Of a stretch of 64,000 nucleotides of DNA, positions 1-13,071 are shown one piece after another. Where the stretch lies: contig MU058423.1 of the NCBI GenBank assembly GCA_013265495.1, positions 1,377,061-1,441,060 of the forward strand, in the 5' to 3' direction. Within the stretch, counting starts at the first letter, position 1. Every line of letters starts with the position of its first letter. The stretch comes from Vicugna vicugna. Lineage: Eukaryota. Under the pieces are notes generated by a model that ran no database searches, was not told where the DNA came from, and worked only from the letters and a program-made list of their open reading frames with translations. Position numbers and translations under genes: made by a program.

Positions 1-65
1 GTCCTCCAATCACTGCCAGCAAATGCATGATTATTATGAAGATTTGCACTTCAGTCACATCAATT
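1..65 (-). CDS. CEPT1: CEPT1 canonical exon 5 (3' part cut off by the window edge)
   Basis: Minus strand reads ...ctttttgtacctaatcag|A ATT GAT GTG ACT GAA GTG CAA ATC TTC ATA ATA ATC ATG CAT TTG CTG GCA GTG ATT GGA GGA C = (I)IDVTEVQIFIIIMHLLAVIGG. It completes the split codon AT|A from exon 4 and matches the known CEPT1 protein. Confidence 0.95.
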
Positions 66-353
66 CTGATTAGGTACAAAAAGCCAAAAAAGCAGAATTA
101 CTCAAAACAATTTCAAGTTAATTACTTGCAAGCTTAGCAGCATTCCTCTATCATGCACAATAGAAAAAAAAATCTCAAATATCGAGGAAAGGGGAAAAGG
201 AGATGTCAAAAATTTGTTATGAGCAAAATCAAATAAAATCCAGAGCCTTTTAATTTAATTTGATGAATTTCACAGAGCAATAAAAACCCCTCCTTTCTAA
301 AGGAAATTTCTGTCTCATTGAAGTTGGGCTGAAACTATAGCTTAACCTTTCAC

Positions 354-374
354 AAAAAAAAAAAAAAAAAAAAA
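354..374 (+). repeat. Poly(A) tract
   Basis: Run of 21 A. Confidence 0.9.
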
Positions 375-859
375 GAAGTGTATGTGTATTAAAGTCCAAG
401 TATCAAGCAGAGAATTGCACTGCACTGCTTTAAAATACGAGATCTTGAAATAAGTGCTTTGTGGTATCAAACAGAAGAAATGGTGAGCTGTTACTAAAGT
501 GACATAAATCACTGATACCTTGCAAAACTTACTGCCCTTTAGATATATTCATTTAATGCCAACAGTGGTATGGGTGAAAAAAAAATGCACCCAATTCTCA
601 ATCAAATCCTTATGCTTATTAGGTTCTAAGATGTCTGGAAAGAAGATACTGAAAGCAGCCAGGAATTAGCTTTGAAGTTGCTGAAAATAATCTTACAGTC
701 AAGAAGAGACAAACCTGGTACAAAAACAGGGCAGTAGAAAATTAGAAGTCTGAAAGTATGAAAAAAGAATACGGGCAAAAAGACTGAGAAGCAAAGCATA
801 AACTCATGTTCCTTTTCCTCTGTCAACGAGCACTTGTCATTCTCAGATTACGGGATCCA

Positions 860-1330
860 AATGCCTTCTGATTTTGGTGATTTACCCTACAGGTATGCTT
901 GCACAAAATGTCTGTACAAGGCTATTCAGTACAGCACTATTTATAGAAGAAAATTTTTAAAAAGAAATCCCTCAGTGAGGGAGCAGTTGTAGAAATTATG
1001 GTACTTCCATACAACGAACTACTGGGACAGCTTTCTGCGTAGTGACATGGAAAAGTACCAAAGCTATATTAGGTGAAAAAAAAAGTTCCGGAATGCCTAT
1101 ATGCTACTTTTTGTATTAAAAAAGAAGAAAAATGGTATTCCATTTAAAATTTTGCCAATAATTACATAACAAATTTCTGGAAGGACACATTGCAAACTAA
1201 GAGCAGTGGGGACCTACTGGAGAGGACAGTGTGAGAACTGGATAGCTGGGAGATGAGGATGAGGAGACTATTCACTGCATACTTTTTTTATAATGTTAGT
1301 TTTTAAACAAAGTGACTAATTTAACTATTA
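860..1330 (+). mobile_element. Ancient L1 (L1ME-like) 3' region remnant
   Basis: Degenerate L1 3' motifs (aaattatggtacttccatacaacgaactac; gtgacatggaaaag...aggtgaaaaaa). Confidence 0.55.
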
Positions 1331-4300
1331 AGAAGGTAAACTAAAAAGAAAATCAGTCTAAGAAAAATGACAGCAACAACAGCAACGGGACCTACTCCCA
1401 GAGAAGAATGGAGCCCCCATTTCTAAAATTGATACTTCAAGCAGACAATCTATAATGTGAGCTTAAGATACATAAGCTCTCATGCTCATAATAAATTACT
1501 AGATTGAAACCAGTCTCTCACAACTAAAAAACTGATCTTTGATTGCTCAAGAATGTATTAAGCTGCAAACATAGTGATGTAGTTATCTTGATATACACAT
1601 TTATTAGAAAAAAAAATGGACTGAATTAGGCTAAAAAGAATCTGTAGAGCTGACCTGGTGAGTGGTGTTGCCAATAAAGGGAATTACACTCAGTAGCAGA
1701 CTCAGGAGACTAAGCAGGTGTCAAAGATGTTCGACTCTGTCTTGGGTGGAGGAGGGCAGACATCTTACAACATTTGCTGGATATATGAAGTAGCCTTTTG
1801 GGAGGGGAAGGGCCAGAAGTATAGAATTACAAAATAAAAATGGAGGGAACCTCATGCAATTAATCTTTGTACCCTGGACAAATGAATGTAAAAGGAACAG
1901 GAAACATGAAAAATCTTTACAAAGTCCCAAATCAGGATCCTAGGGGAAGTTTTATGGATTAGCCTGTTTGGAAATTTTGGAAGACAGAATTTCCTAAACC
2001 ATTCAGATATTATCATTGTATTTAGGTCAACAGTGCCTTAATGTGAGGAAGGAGAGCCCGGGAAAACTTACTTACCAGTTGGTAATTAGTTAAGAATATT
2101 GTTTCCTGTGTGATTATCTGATTTAGAGGAATGCTCTGTACTACAGGTTAAAACCCTCCTGCTCTTAATCATGAGAACAGCCTATCACCACTCCCAGGGA
2201 CGTGGCTCTAATCTTGACTGTCAGTGAAAAATGCGAGACCATCCCCAAAGATAGAAACTAAGCAAGCTAAGAGGGACAGGTGACAGAAATGATTAACAGT
2301 GAACAGAAGAGTTAATGATTCTGTTTAGAAGAGAAGCAGTTACATGACAGTCCATTTTCCCACCTTCCCACTAGGAAGTCTCAGTACGGGCTGAATTCAC
2401 CACAACACATATTAGGAGGGGGCTATTTTGCTCTTTTCGGCTATGCAGGAAAGTCATAATTATCTAGAGGGAGACTATCATATAAAGGCAGGAATTTGGC
2501 ATTTCTGCAGTCACTTGCTTATTAGTATTTCCAAAATACTAACATGGGTGATAATATTCCCACATGTTGGAACTGTTTCTCACAAACAAAAACAAAAAGA
2601 TCAACCTCCGTAACTATACCAAAAATAAGTTCTTCAATGGACAAGGGATATGTGGTAGAAAACCACCTAAAACACCAGAGTGATTCTTTTAAAAGACACG
2701 CAATACAAATCTATCTATAGCATTAGACTACCACCACTTGAAAACTTCACAGGGGGGTGGAAATTAGATGGTAATCAACACAGTCTTTTGTAACCAAGAA
2801 AGTATTTAAGTATCTTGACTGGTATTTCTTAAATAATTTCTTACTTCTACTTTATTTTAGTATAGGCTGTTGAAGGACAAAAGAACTTTTCCAATTACTG
2901 AGGATAATCGGTGAGTATGCTGGTCAGAACACACTTAAATTACCACAACAAGCCAGCAACGAACAACATTCTGATGGCTGTCACAGAAGGAAAATGGAAA
3001 AGGCAAACCTGTTGTGGAGACTAAGCTCTCCCATTTTTCTGATGGGGAGGCGGTAATTGTGGCAGTCCGCAGTCAAAATAACCTTCCACACTCATAATAA
3101 ACCCCTTGGGCCCATTCTTCTTTACAACATCCTAACAGTATATTGATTAAGACATAAAGATATCAAAGTATCCTAAATAAATGAATAATTTTAACTTCTG
3201 AACAGGAAATAGAATCTCTCCAGTTGGAGTTGAGGATACTAGGGGCCTTCATCACCAGAGGAAGGCAGCTTAGAAAGCTCCCTGATCGGGACAGTGATTA
3301 CATCAGAAGGATACCTTTAAAAACGGATTTAAGGGGTGCAACAACTCCAAACCATCTAAGTTAGCTAACTATAAGGAAAATTCCTATTCTGAATGTTTCA
3401 TTTTTATTTCTTAGTGTTCAGAGCCCAACAAACGCATTCTGAGTTCCAAGACTCAGTATTAACTGAGGGATGTGAAGAGATTGAACTGACATTCTGTTGA
3501 TAAGCTTGTTAGTCATCATTTCCTAGCATTTTTAAGTGTCTTTCACCTCTAATATCAGAAATAAGACAATTTAATCTAGTTTTCTTCTACATGTGACATG
3601 TGCATTTCAAAGGTATACTTGCAGTTAATTTGTAAACAAAATTTTTTTGTTGAATTATACATAGTAAATATAATTTTGTTGTAATTGGGTTGGCTACTAG
3701 CTTGGTTAACACAGAATATGCATTAGGGCTAAATTCACAATGTCACAGAAATTATGATTTGCACAGTTTGATTTGCTAGTTATTATTTTAAAAGAAGCAT
3801 TTTGCTTAGAAAGTCATTGAAGGTAGCTGGAATCCTATTCAAGGATTAGACTGCTATTAACTACAGATTCAAATTATTTGTAAAGGGATCTGACGTTCTA
3901 AGGAACTTATACATAACCAGAATATGGCACGCTCCTTATATACTCTACCAGAAATACCATGGGTGGGGGAAGTACTGGTAGACTGGAATGAAGACTGACC
4001 TAGAAATTTAAAATACTGCCTTCCAATATTTTACTTTCTACCCTTGATACGGGGTAAACTGGGCATGACAAGCTGAAATGTTAAATAACATTAATCATAC
4101 AGCTGAGTGATGACAACTATGAGTATTTTAAAGTGTCATATACAGAGAAAGTCTAAGTATCTATTTTTGAGATAAACTCAGTTATATAGAACAGTATGAT
4201 ACAAGTAAGTATATGGGCTCTTCAGATGATCTGAGAGACTAAAACAAAACAACAACCCATCTAGCGACTCCCAATAGGAGAGAAATAGGCAATGGCTAGA

Positions 4301-4534
4301 TCAGAACAAGTACCCTAAGAGGAGCTAGAGTTTAGGTCTCAAATCTAAGGGGCAGACTATTCCTATCACCTTTGGAAACAGAAGGATTAAGAAGAGAGTT
4401 CTCTCACCTCACACAGTAATAATCCTGGAGTTAAATAGAGGGATCATGGACAGATTCTTCCTCCCAAATTAGCACAATCAATTTTGGAAGAAATCTGGAA
4501 ATTACTGGGAGTTACTAACACAGGTCTTAAAATA

Positions 4535-4720
4535 CAATAATAATGATAATGAACAGTTACTATACAACAAGCACTGTAGTTAGCACATAACATGTTTTAC
4601 TCTTTTAATCTTCACAGCTATCCTAGGAGACAGGAAATACTACCACCATTTTATAGATGAGGTAGTCATATAAGGAAAGTGGCTTTTCCAAGGTTATAGA
4701 GATTCTAAGTGGCAGAACCT
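4535..4720 (-). mobile_element. MIR SINE
   Basis: ttaatcttcacagctatcctagga...cattttatagatgag...ccaaggtt...aagtggcaga, the reverse-strand MIR core. Confidence 0.7.
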
Positions 4721-6680
4721 TGAAAGAAATTAGTGTTGTTCCTTCACAGTGCTAAAATCCTTCTAATTTTTACTCTACAAATCAACTGGGACAAACATTT
4801 GTCACATGTTTTTAACTTGCTATCACTAAGATGTCTATACATTTTAGGATGAAGCTTCTCGTATTTTAACACAATTTTCCCTAAAATGGCAGAATACAAC
4901 AGGCAGCAGCTAACACAGAAGTTCAGATGCTAATAAATTAAAATAATTTGGAAACAAATTAGAAAGAACAACTCTTTCTGAAGCTTACTATTTTTCTCTG
5001 AATGTTGTAAAAAAGAAAATATATCTGGCAATTTCAATGACCAAATCAGTTAAACAGGAAAATCTCTGCAAGTTTGCAGTTGATAAAACTGAAGACAATA
5101 TATCTGGACAAAAAAGAATGTAGTTCTAAAACATTTTTCATGATGTTAAAATTAAAGTGCATTTCCACAGGAAGGGCTCTCTAAATAGAGGGTACTTTGT
5201 TATCATAGACAGACATGGTAAAGGTGAATAATACAGTCAATATCCTGACTATTTAATTTCATTGAGAACATTGGTGGGGAAAAAAAAACTTTTGGTAAAT
5301 ATAATTAATATTAATAATAAATAAGCTATCAAAAATTGTAAATCTAGACAACTGCAGTGTGCATAAGGCTTCAGGTCTTTGGGGAAAGTACCAGAAAACA
5401 GGTTAAGGATAAAGAAGTGGTGAAGAATGACACATCTTAAACTGTGCACATTACTCTAGGAGGAAATCTCACAAACAATTATGTCAATATACTGTAAGTT
5501 CAACTAAAATGGCTTTAGTTTTGCTCTTAAAACATGCCTACCTTACCTCTCAGGATACTCCACATTGCAAACTGATTTGAAAAAAGATGTAGATTATCCC
5601 TCACTATTTATTTGTCCCCAAAGCTATCGTTACTACCACTGAATAACTGAATTTACAATGCTACAAGTAGCTTTCAGAAAGAACTCTGCTACCATTCACT
5701 ATTTCTGTCACATTATTGAAGCATTTGGGGTATGGGGACTCAATGTTCAAAACCTAATGCAGCCTTGTATTGCTGAAATGATCTGTCAGGTGTGGTGTCC
5801 ATATGAATAGTTCCCCAACACTCCCTGAGCTGCAAAATAAGCAGAATCTATTTTTCTTATAAATAAATCTTTCATACTAAAGTGTCATGGATTCTGGACA
5901 ATTCTACTGGGAAACCATTTCCTAATAAATCTTTTTGAACTTTTAAGTCATAATGTGAAAATCACAATTCTAATATGAAAGAAAAAAGATACATTACTTA
6001 CTCTTAGCGTTAAGGAAATAGGTATTTACCAAAACAAAACAGAAAAAGGACAGTATTCAAAGAATGACTATAGCAACATGAAAAGCTACGAATATTTAGT
6101 TTTAAAAGCACATTAAGAGGAAAACAGTAAACAAAACAAACAGAAGTGAGAATAGCTTCCAGCCATACATTTAAAAAAAAAACCAAGATCAATTAATAAA
6201 AGCAGAAGAACTAGTACCAGGTTTCTGACAGAATATTAAGAGAATAAACAGACTCTTTCCTACATTTACTGTAAGAGTCCTCTCAACTTACCTAAGGAAA
6301 ACTCTGCTTGCTTTATTGTTTTCAAAATATAAACACCAAAAAAAAAAATTCTATTTAATGGTGGAAAGGTATTTGTTTTAAAAATATTACATAGAGCAAA
6401 AATGATACTGGGTACAACAGGTAAATAGGAGAGAGAATTGTTTTTAGCATCAAATCACCAGAAATATTATATTTCAAAAAATTTTGTTCAATAGGGTGGA
6501 TTTTTATTGCCCTATTACAAATTAAAATTATTTGGTTTCTAATAACCTGTTTGTCTGTGAAATACCACCAGGAAGACTTTCAAATTTTTGTTTTTTAATT
6601 ACTCTGTGCATGACAAAGGTGCTGTCTTTATTAAGTTCACGCCATTGTTCACTGGACAGCATGAATATTCTAGCAGTTAC

Positions 6681-6765
6681 CGTGAAGTTCCAGAACCAAG
6701 GTCCCAGGGTTCCTGTGAGAAGCTGGCATATTATAATTATGATCTGGGACTCTGTAACATCGAAT
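6681..6765 (-). CDS. CEPT1: Candidate alternative CEPT1 exon 5A, a duplicated homologue of exon 5
   Basis: Acceptor tttccttatgcatag|, 85 nt encoding (I)FDVTESQIIIIICQLLTGTLGPWFWNFT, donor ACG|gtaact. Same entry phase as exon 5, no stop codon, 12/21 identical residues over the visible part of exon 5. Confidence 0.8.
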
Positions 6766-9700
6766 CTATGCATAAGGAAACAAACATTTCAAAATAACTT
6801 TACTCAGAGCTTTTGCTAAAGTGCCCTACTAAAACAGGTAGCAAAAATAGATACAAAAGGTAGCATTCTCCTTACAAAGACATCTAAAGATTCAACGATG
6901 CTACTTACACAGTACTGTTACTATCCTTATGCATACAGGTATATTTCTTACCCAAATCAAAATAGCACAAAAGCTTAAAAGATAAAACTGTAATACACTG
7001 AATAAATGACTCGTAAGTAGGCAGTTGGAAACACTGGAACTAAAAACGTAGTCAATTCTCAGTTACCTAGAAATGGTGAATACTGCTCGCGAAATGATCA
7101 CACTATCTGTGACATAGGTCCCTTCAGTGCCAGAACCTATCCCCTTCCCTGGAGACAGGAATGCTTCCCAGAAGCCCGAAGGTACAGTCATCCATGCGTT
7201 TGAAAAACCACTAATCACCCCACACTCCTTCACTGTCCCCATACCTCATCACACACCTGTCTCTACTGTCAGTAAAATTACATGGATGTGGAAAGGGCAA
7301 GTGGGAAAGTGAAAGTATGACTTCTCTTGATATGGCCAGAGCAAAAATCACACTGGCCATCTCCTTGGCCTGTTTCCTGATAATCTCTAGTCCAGAATCT
7401 CATCCTTTTTCCTTTTCCTTCTGCTAATTCCTCAGCAGCATTGTAACTCTCTACTACATTGGATTAATTTTATTAGAGGTAACAAGTAAAACATTCAATT
7501 TAATCACTAAAAAAGTTCTGGGACACAGATGGTGACAGAAAAAGAGCAGCAGTATAGAATGGGTTTCAAATGAAAACTACAGAATTAAAATTAAGAACTG
7601 AGGAATGAATGCTAATGCGACAGATAGAGGTCAATGGTTTTACCTGATGATCTGTGAGTCCTAAGAGCAATCTAGATTTTACATTAATACAAACCGTTGT
7701 TTGGGGATATTATCTATAATAATCTGATAACATTTGTATGGGCAGAGTCCAAATGAATGAATCATTGCTGAGGAAAATAAAAAAGGGAAAATAGAGAAAC
7801 GAGAAACTAAAAGAAAGTCACTGGTATTTAGTAATTCATGTGATAAATCCTGAACATTTAAAGGTAGGCAGACCCTATGCAGGTCTGCAATAGGAAACTT
7901 CCTGATTCTTAATCCACAGAAAGTGGACTAGGCATTAACAGGCAATAGGTTTTAATTAATAGGAAGTAGGAGGCCTTTGCATTCTTATTCTTTAGAGGTT
8001 ATCTGAATAAGAAGATGATCTGGATTTGCCAGACTACCAGTAGAATATACAACTTACTAACTTTTTTCATTTAGAAAAGAAAAAGTCAGAAATCATTTAA
8101 TTAACATAGGAATACTTGTTGGGGGCAAGATTTTTAGCTGATGTAAATGTGAAACCTTAGATGCATGAATTGAAAAATGTCATAAAGTGAAGATAAAAAT
8201 ACTCTGCCTGCTAAAATTATAAGTAAATGCACTAGAAATGACATGTGTAAAAGTAATAGACTCACAGAAGGAACCTTAGATATTATGTAATTCAAAACTC
8301 TTACTTAACAAATTGGGGGATAAGGCCCTACCCCAAGCTGATACACAGATAAAATAATTTGAAGATAACCCTTGAGGTAAGACATACTGGCCTGAGTTCA
8401 ATCTATTATAATTTCTTTTTTTCTCTCCTGAAAAGATAACTTGAGAGTACTTTTTCTGAAATGATAATTTGAGTTCTACCTTTCACAGTGTGTAAGATTT
8501 TTTTAAGGCCCATCTTTTGCATACATACAGTTTTATTAAAGATTGCTTAGGGTTTCTAAGCACTTAATTTATAAACATGATTCTATATATATATCTATAA
8601 GTGACGTATTTAAAAGTATCTAGGTATAGAGGGTTTAGGCCTTAAGAGAAGAAATGTGGACTCTTCCATTTAATATAATCTATAAACATTTTAAAGAATA
8701 TTTTACAAATGTTTACAAATGAGCTTCAACTCATAATTCTTATCTTCTACCAACCCAATCCTTCTATGAAGTTCTGGCCTCTAAGCTCATATCGCTCCTC
8801 AGTTCTGCATATCCAGGCTAGTAAAAATTCTAAAGGGCTAATAAACTGGTTCTGGAAGGGTCCCAGTGAGGAGTACTCATCTCCATTAGATCTCCACTTG
8901 CTCAGTGCAGATGCACTGTCAGGACAAAGGTCTGTCTAGATGTGACAAGTACTGATTTTCTCTGTGCAAGGCAGCTTTTAGCTGTGACCAGAGCAAAGTG
9001 CTGGACAATATAGCTCATAATTTCAGGGAAGATGTATCCAAATCACACCAGTTTTCTCACAAGACCTGACTGTGAATGAAAGGTATTTAGTTATGGATGA
9101 ATTAAATTACTATGCCTATTTTTGTTCAAGATACTATGATCAAACTTAAAAACTGAAGATAGTGACATTAGGAGACTAAGAAAAAGAAATAAAAGTTCTT
9201 ATTTGGTGAATATACTATTTTATAAGGTTATTAAACCTATGACAACCTGGATGTATTATACATATATAAAAACCTCGTGAGTTTTTTCACTCATGTGTAT
9301 AAACATCAAAATACAACAATTAAAAATGAAAAGGTTTTAAAATAAAATCCCAAGGTGCCTAAGGCTACTTTCACTTTCCCCTAAGGAGGAAGAGAAAGCA
9401 AGTGATTTTTAAAAATTTCTTTTCTCAAATTATGTTTGAGAATTGACCTTGTTTTCCCCAATTAAGTAAAGTAAAATTTGGACTTCCTCTTCCACACATA
9501 TAAACTTTACTTCAATATTTAAGCAATTATACATCTGCCTATTATATCTGCTCTTTTGAGAATGTCTATATTATTCCATATGCTTCCATTACTCTGGTAT
9601 TTTGATAAATATTTCCTTAAATGTAAAGCACTCACAGCATATTTCATCAATGTTGTAGCTTGCTTTTAATCTTAAAAATTAATAACTTCAGTGTTGCTTT

Positions 9701-10019
9701 AAAGTGAATCGTATACAATTTCCCCTAATCAAAACCAATCCCTTACAATACAAATATTTAATTTAAATTGAGATGTTAAATTCAAACTGGCCTCAATATT
9801 TCTAGGTATTTTTCACACTGTTACAAGGAGGCACTGCAGTCTCAGTGGGAGTGTGTCCTCCTGTCTAGCCCCTCCTGCCTAGTACCCCAAACTTCTTTGC
9901 CCTGCATTTTCAGCAGTTGAAGCTCCATAAATCATGCCCTCACTTTTTTTTTTCTTTTTCCAGGTATCTTCAATCTCTTTTCTAAGTCAGTTTTCTTCTG
10001 TATGCTCAAAACTTTCCTA

Positions 10020-10950
10020 TTAAAAATACAAAGCCCGCCTTCCTTTGAGCCCATGTTCTTTCATCTGATGCCTTACTCTTGCCCATCAGAGCTACACATT
10101 TTACAAGTAACTTGTACTTAATTCTCCCATTCGCGTCTATCCCTACAGCCTGGCTGCTACTCCACCACTACAGAGAAACTACTCGGGATGGCCTCCCGCT
10201 GCCAAATTCAGTGCATAATTTCCTGTCCTCATTTTTGAATTTGGCAGCAGTTAGCATTATTCTCTTTTGAAATTCATCCCACTTCTGGCTTTTCATTCTG
10301 GTATGCCTCCTCCTGTCTGGCTCTTCAGTAATTTTCATGGGCGTCTTTCTAGGCTTGCTCTCTAATTTTTCTGCAATTCTCATTCTATTTGGATGTCTAG
10401 AATTCCTCACATCCCATGTTCTAGATAAAACTATCCCTTCCTTCAAGTAGGCTCCTCTCTGTAGTGCCCTTCTCCACCTTCCACACACCCACCCAAGGAG
10501 GGGAACTGGGAGTGGTTCCAGTCTCTGCTCTCTCATTCATTCTCCGTATCCAAAAAAAGACTATGTCTTATAGTTTCTACCTCTTAAATCTCTCTCCAAC
10601 CTACCCTCTTCTCTTCGACAGCACTGTCACTGTGCTAGTTCAGACTTCGTCATTCCTCATATTAACTATGCTGGTGCCTCCTAACAGGTCTCCTAACTTC
10701 TGTCACAGCCCACTCTGACTCACCCTCCAAAATGTTGCCAGACTGAGCTTTCTAAAATGTGCTTTTGTCATTTCCCTGCTTTAGGTCTTGCAAAGGTTCC
10801 CCACTGATTCAGGATAAAAGCCCACATTTCTTGGCAGGACACAGACGGCCCTAGATTTTCCATATCTTCTCCAGCCTTATCTCCTGGCACACCCATAAAG
10901 GCATCTTATGATCTAACAATATGGAACTGCCTGCAGTTCTCCAAGGACAT
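10020..10950 (+). mobile_element. L2 LINE remnant
   Basis: Pyrimidine-rich degenerate L2-like sequence (ccaccactacagagaaact; ttgccagactgagctttctaaaatg; ccccactgattcaggataaaagccca). Confidence 0.6.
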
Positions 10951-12668
10951 AGTTCATCAAAGGAACACACCACAGGGAAACTCCAGACTGGCATATAGAA
11001 AGCTGTGATATCAAATCACTCCTAAAAACACTTAACTCTTTAACTCTTCCCCTGCTTCCATGGCTCATTCGCTATCTTTCCTTCAGTTCCCACACCATAT
11101 GGTTCGTGCTGCTTTACTTGAAAGGGAAAGAGAATAAATTAGGGCTAGATGATAAATAAGCTTTCAGAATAAGAGCTTGAAAGTTAACTGTGAGATAACA
11201 ATGAGACATAAACTATGTAAAATCCAGGTACTACCAATTCTGCTATTTTTGAAAATAGTAGCATCACTAACAATTAAAACTGAATTAGGGCAAACCAAGT
11301 GATCTTAAGTCTATTATATTTTGTGGTCTTATACAATGCAGGAAAAGACTATGACAACATTATTGAGATAAAGTAAAGGCCATGAATGTAATACTGAGAA
11401 AACATCTGCACATAATATTTTCATCTACTGCTTCTTTTTTAATATCAGAAATCTTCAATATTTGCTGAGCATGGATCATTTTATAAACTGCTGATGAATG
11501 CACAGGCATAGTTTTCAACTGGACACTCTTGTCCACTATTATCACTTAAAATACTAAGAATATCACCTTAAGATGGGCCTTAAGCATGTTCCCTAAATCC
11601 CTTCATTTGGAAATTACTCTAAGAGCTGTCTTTTAGTTCACATCCAAAGTATTAATCATTATTCAGTTACTGTCACAAGTTAGGAACATCTTAAATTCTA
11701 TTTAAGTAAGTTTAGTAAAAATCTCTTAAAGTGAACTTGTAGGGAACAGCTAAATTTCTATGTATTCTGGCTTTTTTAAGACCTAGAAAACTAAGTTGAT
11801 TAGGGATCTAAAATTTTAAAATCCATTAATGATTCATCTTAGTGACTAGCTTAAGATGTTCTCCTATCATTTGCCATCAGAGATTTTTATTTTGATATTA
11901 CATGAAGTATTCAGAGTCTTTTCTCAGATTCTTTTTAATTCTACACCATAAAAAAAAAAGACTAACTTGAGCAGTGTAAATAGGATCTGTAATACTTAAT
12001 TAAACACCAGTTGGTGAATTCCATCCTTAACCTTGTTCCAAAACAGGTTTACTCTTTAATATTTATGGAAAAGTACTGATCACCAGGTAGGAACTATTCA
12101 CTCTGCAGTTTGAAAAAAGTTTCTATTTTTTAAATTCTTAGGCATTTTGTTGGCAGCAATACTGTATATGGTATGCTCATATCCACTGCATTATCAAGAG
12201 CTTATATATATATATATAGATTCATAAATAAAACAATGTGAAAAGAATAAAATCTAATTAAGCCATAATATTTAGAGGTGAGAGTTGTTTTTTGCTGTTA
12301 TAAACTATCTCTTCTTTCCTGAAAATGTATTTTCAAGTGTCAAAATAAAACACAGTTAAAGCAAGTACCAGTGGGGAAAAAGAAAAATGAACTAGTCTGA
12401 AGGAAATATAGTGGATATAAGTGAAGGGGTTACTGTTTTTCAAGATACTTTAAAAATACTGGTTGACAGGTTCTAATACTTCCTTTTAAAAAGTGTGACA
12501 GAAGGAAATATGATAGAGACCATTACATAATAGCTAAAATAATGAGGGTTTTAAACTTCTTTTATTTACTAATGTAGTGATTTGATCAATTCCTAATACT
12601 CAAATACCTAAAAGCAACACTCTTCATATTTGAAAGAGAAAACAAAATCACCATTTAGTGTTACTTAC

Positions 12669-12810
12669 ATTCCAAATCGCAATGTTCCAGAAACATACGT
12701 TTGCCAATGTGCACAATAGAACATGAATGTCCCAGCAAAACAACAAAAAAACATCCAGTCGGGGTTCGTCCCCAGCTGCACTGCAATACAAGTTCCAAGG
12801 ACTACAAAAA
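12669..12810 (-). CDS. CEPT1: CEPT1 exon 4 (142 nt)
   Basis: tcttttacag|TT TTT GTA GTC ... TTT GGA AT|gtaagt, encoding (V)[46 protein letters not shown](I). In frame with exon 3. Confidence 0.96.
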
Positions 12811-13071
12811 CTGTAAAAGAAAGATCACAATGAAAACTGAACAGTCTGATTAACAGACATTAGCTGAGCTGGAAATGATTTTGGATAAGGCAAAAAGAAG
12901 ATGTGCTGTGAACGTACAGTCTTCTCTCAGTTATCTATGCAAACAGGAAAGTAGGATATAACCTTTTACACTACAATTTACCCCGTAATTTCAATCTCTT
13001 CTTTCATTATACCACTTGATGGAACCAGACTTCTTGAAAGCAACTAAGACACTTCAGCACTTTTTAGGGTA

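Noticed and set aside
2070..2220. Strong minus-strand donor CTG|gtaagt with a possible upstream acceptor in CEPT1 intron 4
   Set aside because: No CEPT1-like coding signal; isolated donor matches are common in long introns.
6532..6819. Plus-strand ORFs overlapping the alternative CEPT1 exon
   Set aside because: No recognisable homology; they are antisense shadows of the minus-strand exon.
10168..10536. 122-aa minus-strand ORF
   Set aside because: Lies in an L2 remnant and has no recognisable protein features.
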